DNA of 61,679 nt, filler included, from Sphacelaria rigidula (GCA_964200075.2; 4 parts of 4 records of this genome joined end to end with filler, not necessarily neighbours in it); one strand, 5' to 3'; counted from the first letter of the whole stretch, positions 1 to 13,700 are shown. Translations and numbers: made by a program. Notes: a model not told the origin generated them from the sequence alone.

Positions 1-41
1 CCTCTCCTCTTCCGCGGTGGTGTGGTTCGGGGATAGTGATG

Positions 42-75
<34 letters not shown>

Positions 76-252
76 GGCTTGCACGCTCTGTGGAAAAGTT
101 AAATCACTCGTGTTTGCGAGGTGATCTTGGCCACAATTTTTCGAGGCTTCCCTGCCCGTGATCCCACGTCGGTGTTTCACAGAGGAGCGTCAGGCGATAT
201 ACCGTCTAGGAGTGCCTACAAATTTGCTGAATGTAACGGAATAGAAAGATAC

Positions 253-3200
253 CTCCATGATCTCCAGGAGCATATCCGACACTTCGATTCCTCGAGCCAA
301 CCGTCGGCATTCAAGCGATGCCTGACACATAAACTTGAGGCATATCTTCGGGACAAAAACACCAAATCCATACTCACCTAGCACCGTTCTTAACCCTTAG
401 ACTGCGAGATTAATCTTTCTGTATCATGCATACTTTTTTCACTTGAAATTGGTGCCGATTCAACAGGAGACTAACCGCGCGGCCTAAGGGTTAACGAAGG
501 GGATTTTCCCATTTTCCAAAATCCCCTTGATGAAAAACGACCGCTGACTAATGGCTGCGATATCCCCCGCCCCCCTCCCCAGAGAATCCCCAACACGTGC
601 ACAATACTCCCGTTTGTGGGGAGGGATTTCAGGAAGTACAAAACCCCTTGAGGAAATCCCCTTTTCAAAAGGGGATTTCTGTGCACCTCGAAGGGGAACA
701 TACATGACCGGAAGACAGGATCACACGCAAAGGCTTAGCACACAATCCAACACGATCAGAGGTGAACTTGAGGAACTCGGTGCACCCTCAAACCAAAAAC
801 ACACACCTGGAGCCGTAGCTGCTCATTAACTGTGCACGTTGTGCGTGGCCTTGCTCGAATCTGTTGAGACCTTAATTAAAAATTATGATTTGCGTGAGAC
901 GCGCGCACATTACACGCTAAAAAAACTGTTAGCAACGACACGTTTTCGGTTGTTTTTTTACACGCACGCGGCCACCATTCGTCCAATACAAAACGGATTT
1001 CCGTCAAACAAAGACTGCCGTAAGTAGATCAGCAAGCATTAGCGGTGAAACTAATGCGCGTGAGCGGTGGGTGTCTGTGCGTGTTTTTTCGGAGCTGCGT
1101 GTGAGGTACTGTGTTGCCTTGTTGCGTCTGTCTGTAGCATTACACAGACCTTGAAGTAACGACCACTTCCAGACCCGCCGCATATATGAACCTTCGTGCC
1201 AATGTGGGGATCGATCTGCACAAAACTGCTTTTCGATAGGACCAAGGACTGGTCGCTACGGGGCCGATCTCCTATTAAAAGGAGAATTGTGAAAAAGGGG
1301 AAGGTTCAATTCGTTAAAAAAGCCCCTTAGACCTATATAATGGACCCATCCATCACCTTAATCACGCCCAACTTCCAAATTTCACGCTAAGTTCCCCCCC
1401 CCCCCCCCCCCCCCCCCCACATCTGCTACGGCAAGCCCACCAGCAGAACCAGAAGCCGCAACAACAGAAAGATCTCACAATATGCCCACCNNNNNNNNNN
1501 ACAAATGGTGTCCCCCCCCCCCCCCCCCCTCCCCCGGCTCGCGCCGCGAACTTGGGATGATTTCATCAACGTGACTACCTCGACATGAGTTGCTGACTTG
1601 TGCATATGTACATCTGCTATCACCAGTTTGGGGCACTTGATGGCACAGTGTGGGCACTGTTGGAACACGGGATCAACCTCCTGCGACGAAACAGTCCATC
1701 TTATGCTCAATGCGTCCACCCATCTGGGTATGCATCACTTGATCACATGGCGTCCATATTTCGTGTCAACCCTGCATGCATATCATTCGCCACATATCCG
1801 TCCTCCGCTCGTAATCCCCAAAGCATACATGTCATACTTCCACTGCCCGAAACTCCCTACACTCACCTTATCTTCTCCGTAAAAGAAATCGTCCATGGGC
1901 TCGTCACCTGCGGGTGTGGGCATACCGAGCTTTCGGCTGAGGACAAGAATGTCTCTCTAGCGGAGCGGGGCGACGTCAGGAGGAGGAGGAGGAGGAGTAC
2001 AGATTTACAGAGAGTAGGTTGTGAATTTTTGCAGCTGATACACCATGAGGAGGAGTGTGGGTGGGGGGGGGGGTGGGGGTGTACTCATGAACTTGCATCC
2101 CGGAGTCAAATGACCACATGGGAGGGGAGGGATGGAAGAGTAACAATGCCACGGGCTGACGTTAGACTCTCAAGAGTTCTTCATTTTTCATATTCCCAGT
2201 ATATCTTACATCATTTGCCTTCCGCAGAACAAACCCGTACTCTCAAGGCGTCACTCGACCCTTCCCCCACGAGGGTATACATCTCGCACTTTGGTATCGC
2301 TTGTTGGACCATCTTCCGCACCGCGTCAACTTTAGTCAGATTTTTGTTCTCCACTCAGGTTCTCAGAGGAAAACGTAGTTTTTGGTATTCGAATTTCGGG
2401 ACTTTCAGCCCAACTGTAACCGGTGCACACCCTCGACAATATATGGTCAACACATGCTTTAGACAAGAAGTGTACTGGGTAAAGTATTGACCTATTGCAA
2501 CTTTGTGGCCCGTCAATAGTTGCAACAGGCCTATACTTCATGCAGTACATACTTCGTGTGTTGCATCTATTCACCATATATTATCCAGGGTGAGAAACGG
2601 TGTCGAGATAAATCATTCAATTCGGACCACCGGGGCGCGACGGCAAACATCCTTCGCTACACTACAGCCAAGAGCACGTTACCGACAGCATCCGCTGGCG
2701 TCTGTTATCACCTTGGCGGTGTTGATGTGGGCCACGATGCTATCGCGGGTCTCTCTCTCCTGCTTGACGCAGCCCTCGCAAGCATTCCGCACGGCGCTCA
2801 ACATTTGATTCACCACACGCATCTTTGCCTCGTCCGAATCCTGAGATCCCACCTGTGTGTTCATTCACATTGCCAATACAACCGCACAAATTGTGAGGGA
2901 AGACCTTCACTCCCAAGATTTCACGGAAAACACATGAGCGACAAATTGTGCCTAAACATTTTCCCTTGGTCAATCATTCAAGTGCCTTTGCACACGGGAA
3001 TCCACTTGTGAACGCCTCCACATTGAGCCAGATAACGGCAGACGCGGGCTGGGACCGGGCGCGGTTACCTCGTTGCACTCCTCCATATTGCCACGAATAT
3101 GGATTGATTTGAGATTTCAGGTGACACAGCCGTGTCGATGCTACGTTTTGAGAAAAACAAACAAACAGGTAGTGTTCTAACTAACTACATTTGCGAAGGC

Positions 3201-6200
3201 TTGTGCGCTGCCGTCGAACGACGCTCAACCCTGTCGACAGCCCTTGCTTGATAGTATTCGTTCCATATTGTTTTTGTCAGCCAAGGGTCTCGCGATGTTC
3301 GGAGCAAGTGTTTTCGTCCGCGCCGCAAAAAGTTAAACCCTTCATAAGCGAGGAAGCGTGCAGCAGCTATCCTTTTGCCATCGCTAAGAAAGACGGGTAC
3401 AAGTTTTCTTCACGCATGCATCTACTGTGTTGAAATCATTGCACACATGTTACAGCAGGTACTAAATGCAGGATCAGCGCTAGCGCTCCGAGCTGCACTG
3501 GTAGGGCACTGCGCTGCTGGTTATGGTTCACGCACGAATAGTCATGACGTGCAGCACGTGCGCCGCAACGGCTTCTCCGACCGCTGTCTCTAAAGCAAGT
3601 ACAACCATTCCGACCCGTACCAACGGCCCGTCCATTCGGTATCGAACTAGGGCCTCATGACAGCGGTTGACCGTCATGTGATTAGGACGTACTTTTGCAA
3701 GGGAGGAGGATTATCCACGGAAGTGAGGATCGATCAAGTAATTGTTGCCCCCATACTGAGATCAAATGTGGTGATCTGAAGTGATCTAGATCATATTCAG
3801 ATCAGATCGATCTAGAACAATTTTCCGAGATTGTCTCCGGCGGGTTGGGGTCAGGCGGTTGGGGACGATCTGTGTCGGTGTGTGTGAGGCAGCGGTTCTC
3901 CAGAGGCTCGGTCATGATCATGACACCCAACATGAATTGGCGGTAAATTCATGGGAGGAGTGCGCGAAACGCGCAGTGCAATACACCCACAAAACAGGAA
4001 CATTTTCGCTCAGTCAGAAAGCCTGCCGACCAGGAAAAGCACCGTATAAATAAGACAAGTAAATTGGGTACATGTAATATATAGTTAATTTTTTTCCTCA
4101 TATTTCCAATCCCTTTCCTTCGGAAAACCCGAGGACTGCAAGGAACAGCTCATCTTTCCATCGGTACCCCCCCCCTCATATTTTGGTATATCTTGGATAC
4201 GATACTCGTGCGGACTGCAGCACCGCGTCGATTCTCGCTATATACTCCTTTGAAGATCACATCTCTACATTTTCAAAGATGAAAATCAGATATGGATCAG
4301 AAAATACCTACATGCATGTGCCGGAATCCGAACTAGCAGAATTCCGTTTCGACAGGCTTCAGTTGTACCCGTTAAACCATCGGTGCGCGATGGTGAAAGA
4401 AGTCATATGCTGAGAACGTATTCGTGTGTAGCGTAGGTCATTATCCAGAGTGCATCACACGGGGCGGCGATGAACCCATCCACGATTCTTAAAACTGCGG
4501 CTGTCTAAATTTGATTAATGAGAAACATGTCGCCAACATCTTTAGGTGAGCGAGAATACATCGATATAGTGTTTGCTATGGGCCCAGGTCATGTACTTCG
4601 TGGAGTACGATACGGACAGAGTCTGCCCCAGTCAGCTACCGTGGCAGTGAGGTCGCGATAAGGGAGCGTGGTGCCAGGCCAAGATATCGACAATTCTGGA
4701 AGCCTTGGATCTTGTCCACCCCCCAAAAATTGTCAAGCCAAAAGCCAAAAGGTCGCTTTATATCACCAATCCCCAATTCAGCTCTTGTTCAGTAGGTGCC
4801 GCTTTATTAGAGGGCCCCTGCAAATTCTTGTCTTTACTCCAGGTTTTTGAATTTCGGATCACCAGAGCGTGAATTCGGGGGTTGGGTCGAGGGCGGGGAC
4901 TAGGTTCGCGATGTCGATGGTAGTGTTGAAATGACACATTTTGTCGTTGTTGATTCGGGGGTGGGTTGATATATTTGAGTATGTTTGTTGGTGTGTCTGT
5001 CGGCGGACTATAATCCAACCCCTTGATGACGACTGAGCTTGAGCGGGAGAGCATAACTGGGTGACAGAGCAAGTCATTGGACTGTATCTTCCCAAATCAC
5101 TGTGTTCGCTATGGATAAAACCCGGCATCCACCTATCTAGTATCTCATTTCACTGTTGCAAGATACCCATTTCAAGTACGTGCCAGATGCACCGTACCAC
5201 GGTCACTACCCGCGTCCTGCTCATCAACCCTTGACGAGCTCTGTCCAATACTTGCTCTCACAAAATTAATTCACGGCATCAGGGATATCCCATTCATCAA
5301 TAACGTCAAATTACCACGCCTATCATGACTTTATCAACCATTAATCTTGAGCATGGCACATGGCACTTGATTTGCTGGAGCAGGTGATACTCGACAGAGG
5401 GATCCACTGATCATTATCGCGTCCGTGAGGTAACTTTCAACTTTTTGCACAGATAAGTTCAGGTCTGTTCATCTCCTGTGTAAGGCGTGACAGGTATATC
5501 GTGTGAAAGGAACCGTGATCATTTTTTGCGTTCGGAAATCTGACCCTGGCGTCTGTGCCTACAGTAAATAGACAGTTTCACGAGATGGATGCGGCTACAC
5601 TGGATATCCGGCGCACGGCATGGTGTATCGCCGTTCCATGTTCCCTCCTTGATTTTTTCCGCTGGCCGAAGATGAAAAGTTCGGTTAGCACAGGTAGTCT
5701 AGTGGTACGCAGTGGGCAGTCCCAGACGTACAATGAGCTACGAAATGGAGGGGACCGGAGGAGACTCACACACAAGACATGTGCAGTAACACCCTCGTGT
5801 TGAACAACACTTGTTGCTTGCTGGTTAACTGAACGTGTATGACGCCTCGGTACGTACCCCCCGACCATTACTGGACCGCACGGAAACGGCCCGGCGAGGA
5901 GTCATCCTGTCGCAGAACAAGTACCGTACACACACCAAACGATGGTATCTAGCTCTGTCCTGCTGTACAGAGCGGATAGACACGGACAGCACTCGGCAAA
6001 ATAAGGAACCTGAGAGTGAACATTGCCTTGCGCAAGTAACCAGCACAGTCTGATGAACTTCACATTGGGGCTTCGAGGCGCGGACACAAGTGCGATATCG
6101 AGGTATATGTATCAACCTCTTGCTCTCTTGATCGCTTGATCGCATGGCCTTGCACGCACGAGCCGAACATACCCACACAGTCCATCAGATCCTATATAGA

Positions 6201-7071
6201 GACTATACATCGACACGGACCTGTGCCCATACGGCTTCCAGCTCCACTGCAGACCTGACGGTGAGCTTCAGTACCTCCCGTGCTAGGTAGTCTGGTATCG
6301 GCACCCCGATCGGCGCAGCTGTCTCGGAGACAGATGAGATACGAGTGTCGCCATTGTTCGATGTGACTTCCAACTTCTCCTGTTCATAGGCGATCCGAGA
6401 AATGGAGCGGAGACAGCTTTCAGTGTGCTGATGTAGATGAAGGAATATGGAGAATGTGTGCTGTAAGTTTGAGGAGGGATTGAATCGGTAGATGTGAAGG
6501 TGGCTAAAGGGTGGGTGGGGGTTCGCACGTTCACGGGGTACAAACTTCCCCTTGAGTTGACGTGACTGATTTTTGATCATGTCACGCGCGCGGGTTCTTC
6601 CCGTGCACCTTTGTGGACAAATGTTTGTTGCTTTTGGCGCCAGCGTCGGTGTTTTCGGGGTGTCAAAATCACACGACTTCCAGCTCTTTTTGTGCTCACG
6701 CACAGATTTTCTCCCGTAGCCATAGCGACAGCACACCAGGACCTCGCGGCGAACACAGCTGCTCTTTGCTCTAATTGTAATCCATGTATCTCTGCAGCCC
6801 CCCATACCACAGGGAGCTTTTGCTTCTCTCGTACCTCGAGCCATTGGCCGCATTCGGACAGTTTCCCAGGCATCCAACTGGACAGCCGCTGTTGTTGCTG
6901 CTGCTGTTTGTGCCCACCACCAAGTGAACCCGCTACAGCCCCTGAGGAGGTGGGCTGAATCCACGAAGCTGTTTTAGAGAGGGTACCGCCACCGGCGGCA
7001 TCGCCTCGGCTGTCACTATTCTCCTTCGGCTCCACTTCGACCATGGTTTGCGTTTGTGTTGAAGCCGCCAT
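253..7071 (-). CDS. MAP65/Ase1/PRC1-family microtubule-bundling protein, 5' part (3' end runs off the contig)
   Basis: Six GT-AG exons, all phase 0: 7071-6835, 6379-6221, 2852-2712, 1956-1867, 860-807, 321-253. Spliced product reads ...VRSAVELEAVWAQ|VGSQDSDEAKMRVVNQMLSAVRNACEGCVKQERETRDSIVAHINTAK|RDILVLSRKLGMPTP...|IRARPRTTCTVNEQLRLQ|ASLECRRLARG..., which fits the MAP65/PRC1 N-terminal pattern (L..[IV]W..[IV]G...E...R..I...I......L...LG...T..EQL). Family assigned by eye. Confidence 0.65.
394..490. mobile_element. 97-bp piggyBac-type MITE
   Basis: TTAA|CCCTTAGACTGCG ... CGCGGCCTAAGGG|TTAA (11/13 TIR match, perfect TTAA TSD). Shares an internal TGCCGATTCAA motif with the copy at 20247. Confidence 0.75.
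2426..2594. mobile_element. Fold-back hAT-type MITE (CACACCCTGGACAA family)
   Basis: Imperfect whole-length palindrome with 8-bp TSD aaccggtg/aaacggtg. Homologous to copies at 17321, 24424 and 36466. Confidence 0.8.
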
Positions 7072-7742
7072 TCCACGGCGAATGAACGCCAGAAAAACCG
7101 TTGGGGTATTTTAGGCGTCTAGTGCACTACTCATCTACGGTAGAGCTGCTCGGCTCGACAAGCGGGGCCGAGATAGTACTCGTGTTCAGAGAACGTGTGG
7201 CTGTAGTCAACTACTACGCTGTTACTTACGTGGCGGCCCTGCGAACTATACAGAGGGTATAGTGATAATCGGAACATTACCCAGGGACAGGATGAAGGAA
7301 CAGTAGCCTGCGGCACACAGAAAGCCCGCTGTAGCACAAGCATTGAATTAAATTTGCACAACATGTTTTCCAGATGACAAATTTCCATTTTTTTTCGGAG
7401 GCATGTTTACTTGACCACCCCGCTGGAAAATAATCATATTTTGTACGAGGGTCATAGAAAGTAATTGTAGCAGGGGGTTCCAACAATAATACAATTTGCG
7501 CCAAGTTTGCGCAGGGTTTTCAGGTGTTCCAGCCCTTCTCAACAAATAAATAGTGCGCTGTGTGAGACTAGTGTACACAGAAACAGGCAGACCGCAGTTG
7601 TCAGAGGGTGATCATTCTTTCTCGCCCTCACAGCTGTTGTGCACTACAACGCCTGCACACACAAAAAAACACACGCACGCACACTGTTTTAGGGGTTCAA
7701 GGAAAACAACATCTATTTGACCTACAGCTAAAGTGGCAAAAT

Positions 7743-10700
7743 ATGGCAGCAGGGACGGCTCCGGTAGGCGATTCAAACGACGACAGCCAGATGAACTGGC
7801 CTGGGTGCTTTAGGCACGTGGCTCGATGCCGACGCCTGAACAAGGAAGAGGTCGTACTCATACTCAGCGACCCGCTCAAGTTTGGACTCGTGCGAACAGA
7901 GGTGTTACCATCAGAAGGCATCTCCAGCGGCACCGTTTACTTATGCTCGAAGGTGGGCCATCATTTTCGTCATTCCGACTAAAAAACCCGACGGCTGACT
8001 TTGCAGTCGTGCATAATAGCATAGCGATGGCCCTTGTCCTCGGCAGTTTCATACACGTAGCTCACATTCATACATGTGAGCTAGAGATGGGGGGCTGCGG
8101 GCTGCGGACGAGGATGGAGGGATATTGAGTGGGAGTGGCCGGGGGTGCGCAGCAACAGATATCACAAAAAAAACGTCTCTGCTTGGTTTGTTGTGTTTGT
8201 TGTGTTGTTTGTGTGTTTGCTCTTCATTTTTATCTACTTTTTTCGTCTCTTTTCTGTTATGTTGACACGAAAATTCAAGTTTGTTGTTTATTTTCAAAGA
8301 AGAGACGTTTTATGATGTATATAGCCGTGTTTTTTCGTCCTCTCGGTTCTCTCCCATATGTTTTTGTCTTGGTTGTAGAGTCGGAGACCCCGACCACCCT
8401 ATCTCATGCCCTGGAAAAAGTCTAGCGGTATGGGACAATCCAACTGCTACCTTCGTCCGCGCATGCACGGCTGTTTACTACAAGCGTCGACGTCATGCTT
8501 GACCCCTGCATCAAGTGTTGAGCTAGAGGGGTACCTCAAGGCACCTCTTACAGCGTTGTTTGTGGTTGCGTGGGAGACGAGGTGGTGTCCATTTCATTCC
8601 CCGAAGTTTTGAGCTGGAATGATCGTAGTATACCTCTTGTTTTTTTCAACCGAAGGAACCGCCCGAGGTTTATGTAAATAATGATGTGTGTGTCGGAAAC
8701 ACAAAACACGGAATCTCCTCGCTTCTCATGTTTTTCGATCATTTTTCGCTTTGCCCGCTCTTGCACACCACAACGCTTCTCCGAACATGTAAGAATGTGG
8801 TACGCTCGAACGCACCCCCCATGCGCCCATACGCATGTTGGAAGTTGTCCGTGTTCACCATACGAATTGCACGCGCGTGACATTATCTTGTAATTGATTT
8901 CAACGTGGCGCTCTTTTGACCCGCGGATAACGCTTCCTGGCATCTCCCACTCCTCCCCTACTCTTGTGTTGTTTTCGTTGTTCTCATCGACACGTTTCTC
9001 GGCACACATACACTACACACCTCGTTCTTTGTTTATCTTTGCCCCCATCGCCGATCCCCTGCCAACAACACTACACAGGAGCGTGTGAGGGTGCTCAAAC
9101 ATGATGGAATCGACTACGTTAAGAGGAACGCAGCGCAGGGATCGAACAGGGTGAGTGAATGAATAGTCAACTCACAACTTCCCTTCGCCATCTTGATCTC
9201 GTCATCCTTTGTACATGTTTTCTTGATACTCGCTGTATGACCTAGTTTTTCAAGTCAAAATATTCACATGTTCCCGAGGGTCCGCCGGGGTATTTTTTTT
9301 CGCTTTTTCCGTCCTCGTTTTTTTCGCTGTCATCGCGGCCATTACGCTCATGTCGCGTCCAGCTGCAGTTATACGTGTACGTGCGATGCCTCGAGCTGCG
9401 TCGTGCAAGAAGCCGTGATTGACCTTGCTTCCTTCGTGCAGCCCCGATGCGTGAAACAGACCCCCTCGGGTAGCCTTCGCGCATGTTTGCGGGTCGTCCT
9501 TGCGTTGGAGGAGTATATTCTCTCAGAGCCAGATTTTTCAAATTTCGAAGAAAACTGCCTCTTGTTTGCTGAACAGATAATGAGCCCGCGATTGCTGGTG
9601 AGACCAAGACGATGATGGTATCCGCAGTAGAGCAGTTTCCAATGCTTGGGCAGCCCATGGGGCTTCCATCAACCGATGAGTAGCTAACGCATTCAAGCGG
9701 TGCAAGAAGCAGAGCATGTTATATTCTTAAATATTGAAGACATGACACTATTTTTGCGTGACCTGTACAACCTAGCTGTATGTCGAGGTCTCCCGCCGTA
9801 CCAGTATGACCTACATCCAGAAATGGTTGGGGTCCGCATTCCGGACGTGCTACTGCCTGGGGGTCTTTGTTCTGTCTCTACATCTCAGTCCCTGCGGGTC
9901 TTTGTTCTGTCTCTAAGTCTCGAAATCGGTGAGACTTTTTCTGTTGGACCGACATGCTGAGTCTCGATGTTGTCAGCCCGCCGACGAAACCCAAACTCAA
10001 GCAGGAACCCTGTCGCGAATCTAACAACAGCGCATCTCCCTGTTTCGATGTGTTCATGACGATTTAAATATTTCCGTTTCGCTTTTTGCTCCGATATATC
10101 GTGTTCGATGTACAACACGGTGAAAGAATATGAGTAATTCCGAAACTGTAGAATGAAACGGAGTTTGAGTGATTGGATCGTATGTCGGCCCTTTTTGGTG
10201 AAAGCAAGGCAACTTGTGGAGACGCAAAACCGTTGCGGTCAGCTACTGATGTATCCAGATGTGCATGCATAAGAATGTCGAACCGTTATAGTGAAAGCAC
10301 GAACAGCCTGCAAGTACCGTCCACGCAACCGACCTGCGTCGTCTGCTGAATATGAGTTGCTTTAATCTTGTCCCTATGGCACATTCGAGGAATCTCCGTG
10401 TTTGCGCCACTGTCATCTCCGGTGCATTTGCGTTCCACGCTGGACTCTGGATGCGGGTGTCTGTCTGTTGGTTCTGCTTGTTAAACCTCCTCCTTCATCA
10501 TTTCGTGCGATTGTTGCGTGATTCTGAACTGTAAACACGCCTTCACATATCCGTAAACATGCCACCTTCCACGATCCAACCTATGCTTGCTGGTCCCCGC
10601 CATCCCCTGGCCCCCTTCCTACACGCACATGCGTCTTCATCTCATGCACGGATTCAATCGCAACCGTCCTCTTCATGCAGATCCGTGAGGATGTTGTAAA

Positions 10701-13700
10701 AATGAAGGTCAACGGCCGCCACGCAGTAAACTCTTACTCCTCACGAGGCTCCGGTTCCGCCTGCTTCTGGCGGCGCAGATACGCCCTCGAACCACCGGCG
10801 CCATCGAACGGCTCGGCTGCAGGCACCGGCGGCTCACGTGGCCGAGGCGGACAGCAGAGTGTTGCCTGGGGCGACCAATTAGTTCACTACTTGGACGACG
10901 AGGAGGCCCGCGGGTTTGCGCGACGCAGTCCGTTTGGCGCGGCTGGCGTTGCCCGTCCGTTGACAAGCGAGGACTGCTGGCGAGGGCGCGGTGCGCAGCT
11001 TCCCGCCGACGGCAATTTGTTTTTGCCGGTGCCGCGACGAGACGGTTCGGCGTCGTCCGCCGCAGCTGTCGCTGCATCCCGACGATTGGAAGAGCAACAC
11101 CATCATGCTACTATCGCCGCGGCAGCCGCTGCAGCTGCGGCAGCCGCTACCGCGGGGATGCGCTCTTCTCACTCGCAGCAGCATCGGCAGAGCCAACAAG
11201 GCCACGGTCCCGCAATTTCCCTGCCTTCTCCCGCATCAGCGTCGGAAAAGCCGCTCTCCTCTCACGTTTCCGTCAAGCAAGAAGATGCGAGTTCGTATCG
11301 AGGCGGCGGCAGCGGCGGCGGGAACTGGAGTGGTGGTAGCATGGGCGGCGGATCGGGAAGCAAAATACCAAGTTCGACCTCACAGCGAAGGTATAACAGT
11401 GGGAGCGAAGTGCGGGCATCTGCGTGGGGGGCGCAGACCGATATTTACGGGATGACCGGGAATGGACACAGCCATATGACCGAACACCCAGCTATCATGG
11501 GTGCATCGGCCTCTGGCCGTGTGGGAGGTGGAGGTGGAGGCGGCGGCAGCTTCCTCATGCAACCGGCCCAGCAGGCCGCAGCGCTTCCTAATCCCACTGG
11601 GTTCTACGATGACGATATGAGCGGACTCGGTGAGACTTGTATCGTTTGCTCGATTTAGATCACACCTCTGCCTTGAGGGGCGTTGTAAGTAGAGTGGCAC
11701 GCCGTACGATGTGAGATTTCACTTCGTGTGTTTTTCCGTGTGTTACCGCGGCCCATCATCTGGGGTGGTACCGAGAGCTATCTGCTGTTCGTCCACCTCT
11801 TCATATTTTACCCCCGTGTTTTGGCGTTCCGATATCTGTGTTGGTATCATGTGTTTCCAAGGTTCAAATTGTCATGCTCCTGGAGGTCATTGCAGCATCT
11901 CGGGCTTCTGCATCGTACCCTCGTCGACTGTCATAACGGAAACATTGAACCGACGCGCACGTGAGTGCAGTGCCCACGCAGTACCGTATCTGCTGCAGCC
12001 GACCCCCCCCAACCAAACTCGCACATCGTGCCGTGATGCTGTACATCATTACACAGAATTCGAGGGTCTCGGGATGGGTGAGGTGGGTCCAGGTACAAAT
12101 GGCTCCACGGATGACGACATGAGCGACCTTTTCCGGTCGTTCTTGGTCGATGGCGAAGACCTTTTGCCGGTGGGATCACACCCGACAGGCAGCAGCGGCC
12201 ACCACTCTGGCAGCGGTGGCGGCCCACCCGCTAGCTTTGGACTTCGCGTCGGTGGTGGCGTTGGCGTAGGAGGACATCGGGGTGGTGTGGGCCATGATGC
12301 GGAGGCAGCGGCGACTGCGGCAATGAGGAGAAGAACTAGTGCGTCTCCTGAAATGGATGAGATGGGAGGAGGGGGCGGAGGTGGTTCACAGGTGTGTTTC
12401 AACATTGGCGAAGGCAGCGCGTGGCGGTATAAAGGTGTGATGCAATCACGGCGGGTGCCCCCTACATGTCATGAGCTTATTTGGCCGCGATTGTGAGGTT
12501 GAGCGTGTGCCGCATGTACGCATGGTAGGAGAGTGTGTTGTCTCTCTCTTGCTCCCAACCATGTTTTGCGATGCCGCCAGACGTGTCTCCGTGCGTTCAT
12601 GTCCGCATTTTGTCTTCGCCAATGAGAACGTGTTCCATTTTTCACGTGACCACGGTTGGATCGCTGGTGGATCAGTTGAAGTGCGACAGTCAACCAGTCG
12701 ATCAAATGTGTTCTCGTTCGTGACAAGTGTTACGCCGTATGAGAGGAGAGTTGGGACCTGATATTCAATATCCATTGTTCGTTGAGTTCAGCTGATGGAT
12801 TCCCAGTTACACTAGTGCGCTACTCTGATGGTCGAACCCCGCAATCGTGCTCAGTGTACATCCGCCAGTCCTGTCATCATGAGATGTTTGTGCTTACGCA
12901 TCTTCACCCCTCTACTCCCCATCCTGTGTGCTGTCCCCATTTGTCATTCCGGTGTCGGCGAACCACTCCCCTCCCGCCCCCCCACTCCCCTCAGAGTCTT
13001 CGCCTCATAGATGTGCCATTCCGGCCCATCTCGCCTCAGTCCCATTCACAGCGGTCTCCCATGGTGATGTTACCGGCGCTGGTGGGCTCACCACCTCGAC
13101 GGTCGGATTCACACAACAGCAGCAACAGCAACAATAACAATAACAACAATAACAACAGCAACGAGAACAAGAACATCGGGGGAGGTATCAACGCCCCCGC
13201 TTCTCGATTCGTTCCGTCTAATCACGGCCACGGAAACGGCGGAGGCAGCAGCAGCAGCAGCGGGAGCGGGAGCGGGAGCAACAACAGTCACCCGCACGGC
13301 CACTCCTCGGCGAAAGTGTCGGCGGCCGCCGTAGCAGCTGCCGCCGCGGCGGTCACGGCTGCCGGAGCGGAGGCGTGCCCCCCGCCCGCATCTCTCCAGC
13401 TGGCGTCCCCGTGGGCAGTTGACAACTACAGCTCCGTTTCGTCCATGACGAACAACGTTTCGAGCTCGTCGCCCGCGGGCGGAGCGCACGATATTGCCGG
13501 CGGCGGCGTGCCGGCTGCACCATCCCCGGCGGGGATGTCGGGTGGTTGCCGAGGCATCGGAGGAGGAGGGGCAACAATCGTGGATTTTTCGCCGACATGG
13601 GATTTTTCTCCTGGCGGCGCGAAGCTATTGATTTGTCTTGCCTCGCCCATCGACGTGGATCCGGGTGGTGCCGGTCCCCTGGTGTTTTTCGCCGACCGAC

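Noticed and set aside
44..74. Long poly-G run as a G-quadruplex element (also poly-C near 1394-1418 and 1512-1535)
   Set aside because: Homopolymers near contig ends and N gaps. Their length is unreliable and there is no functional evidence.
2241..2329. Exon-like segment VDAVRKMVQQAIPKCEMYTLVGEGSSDALR (minus)
   Set aside because: 89 nt with a phase that does not fit between the two phase-0 MAP65-like exons, which join cleanly without it.
1600..2490. 296-aa plus-strand ORF
   Set aside because: Antisense to the MAP65-like gene, runs through simple repeats and a MITE, and has no recognisable motif.
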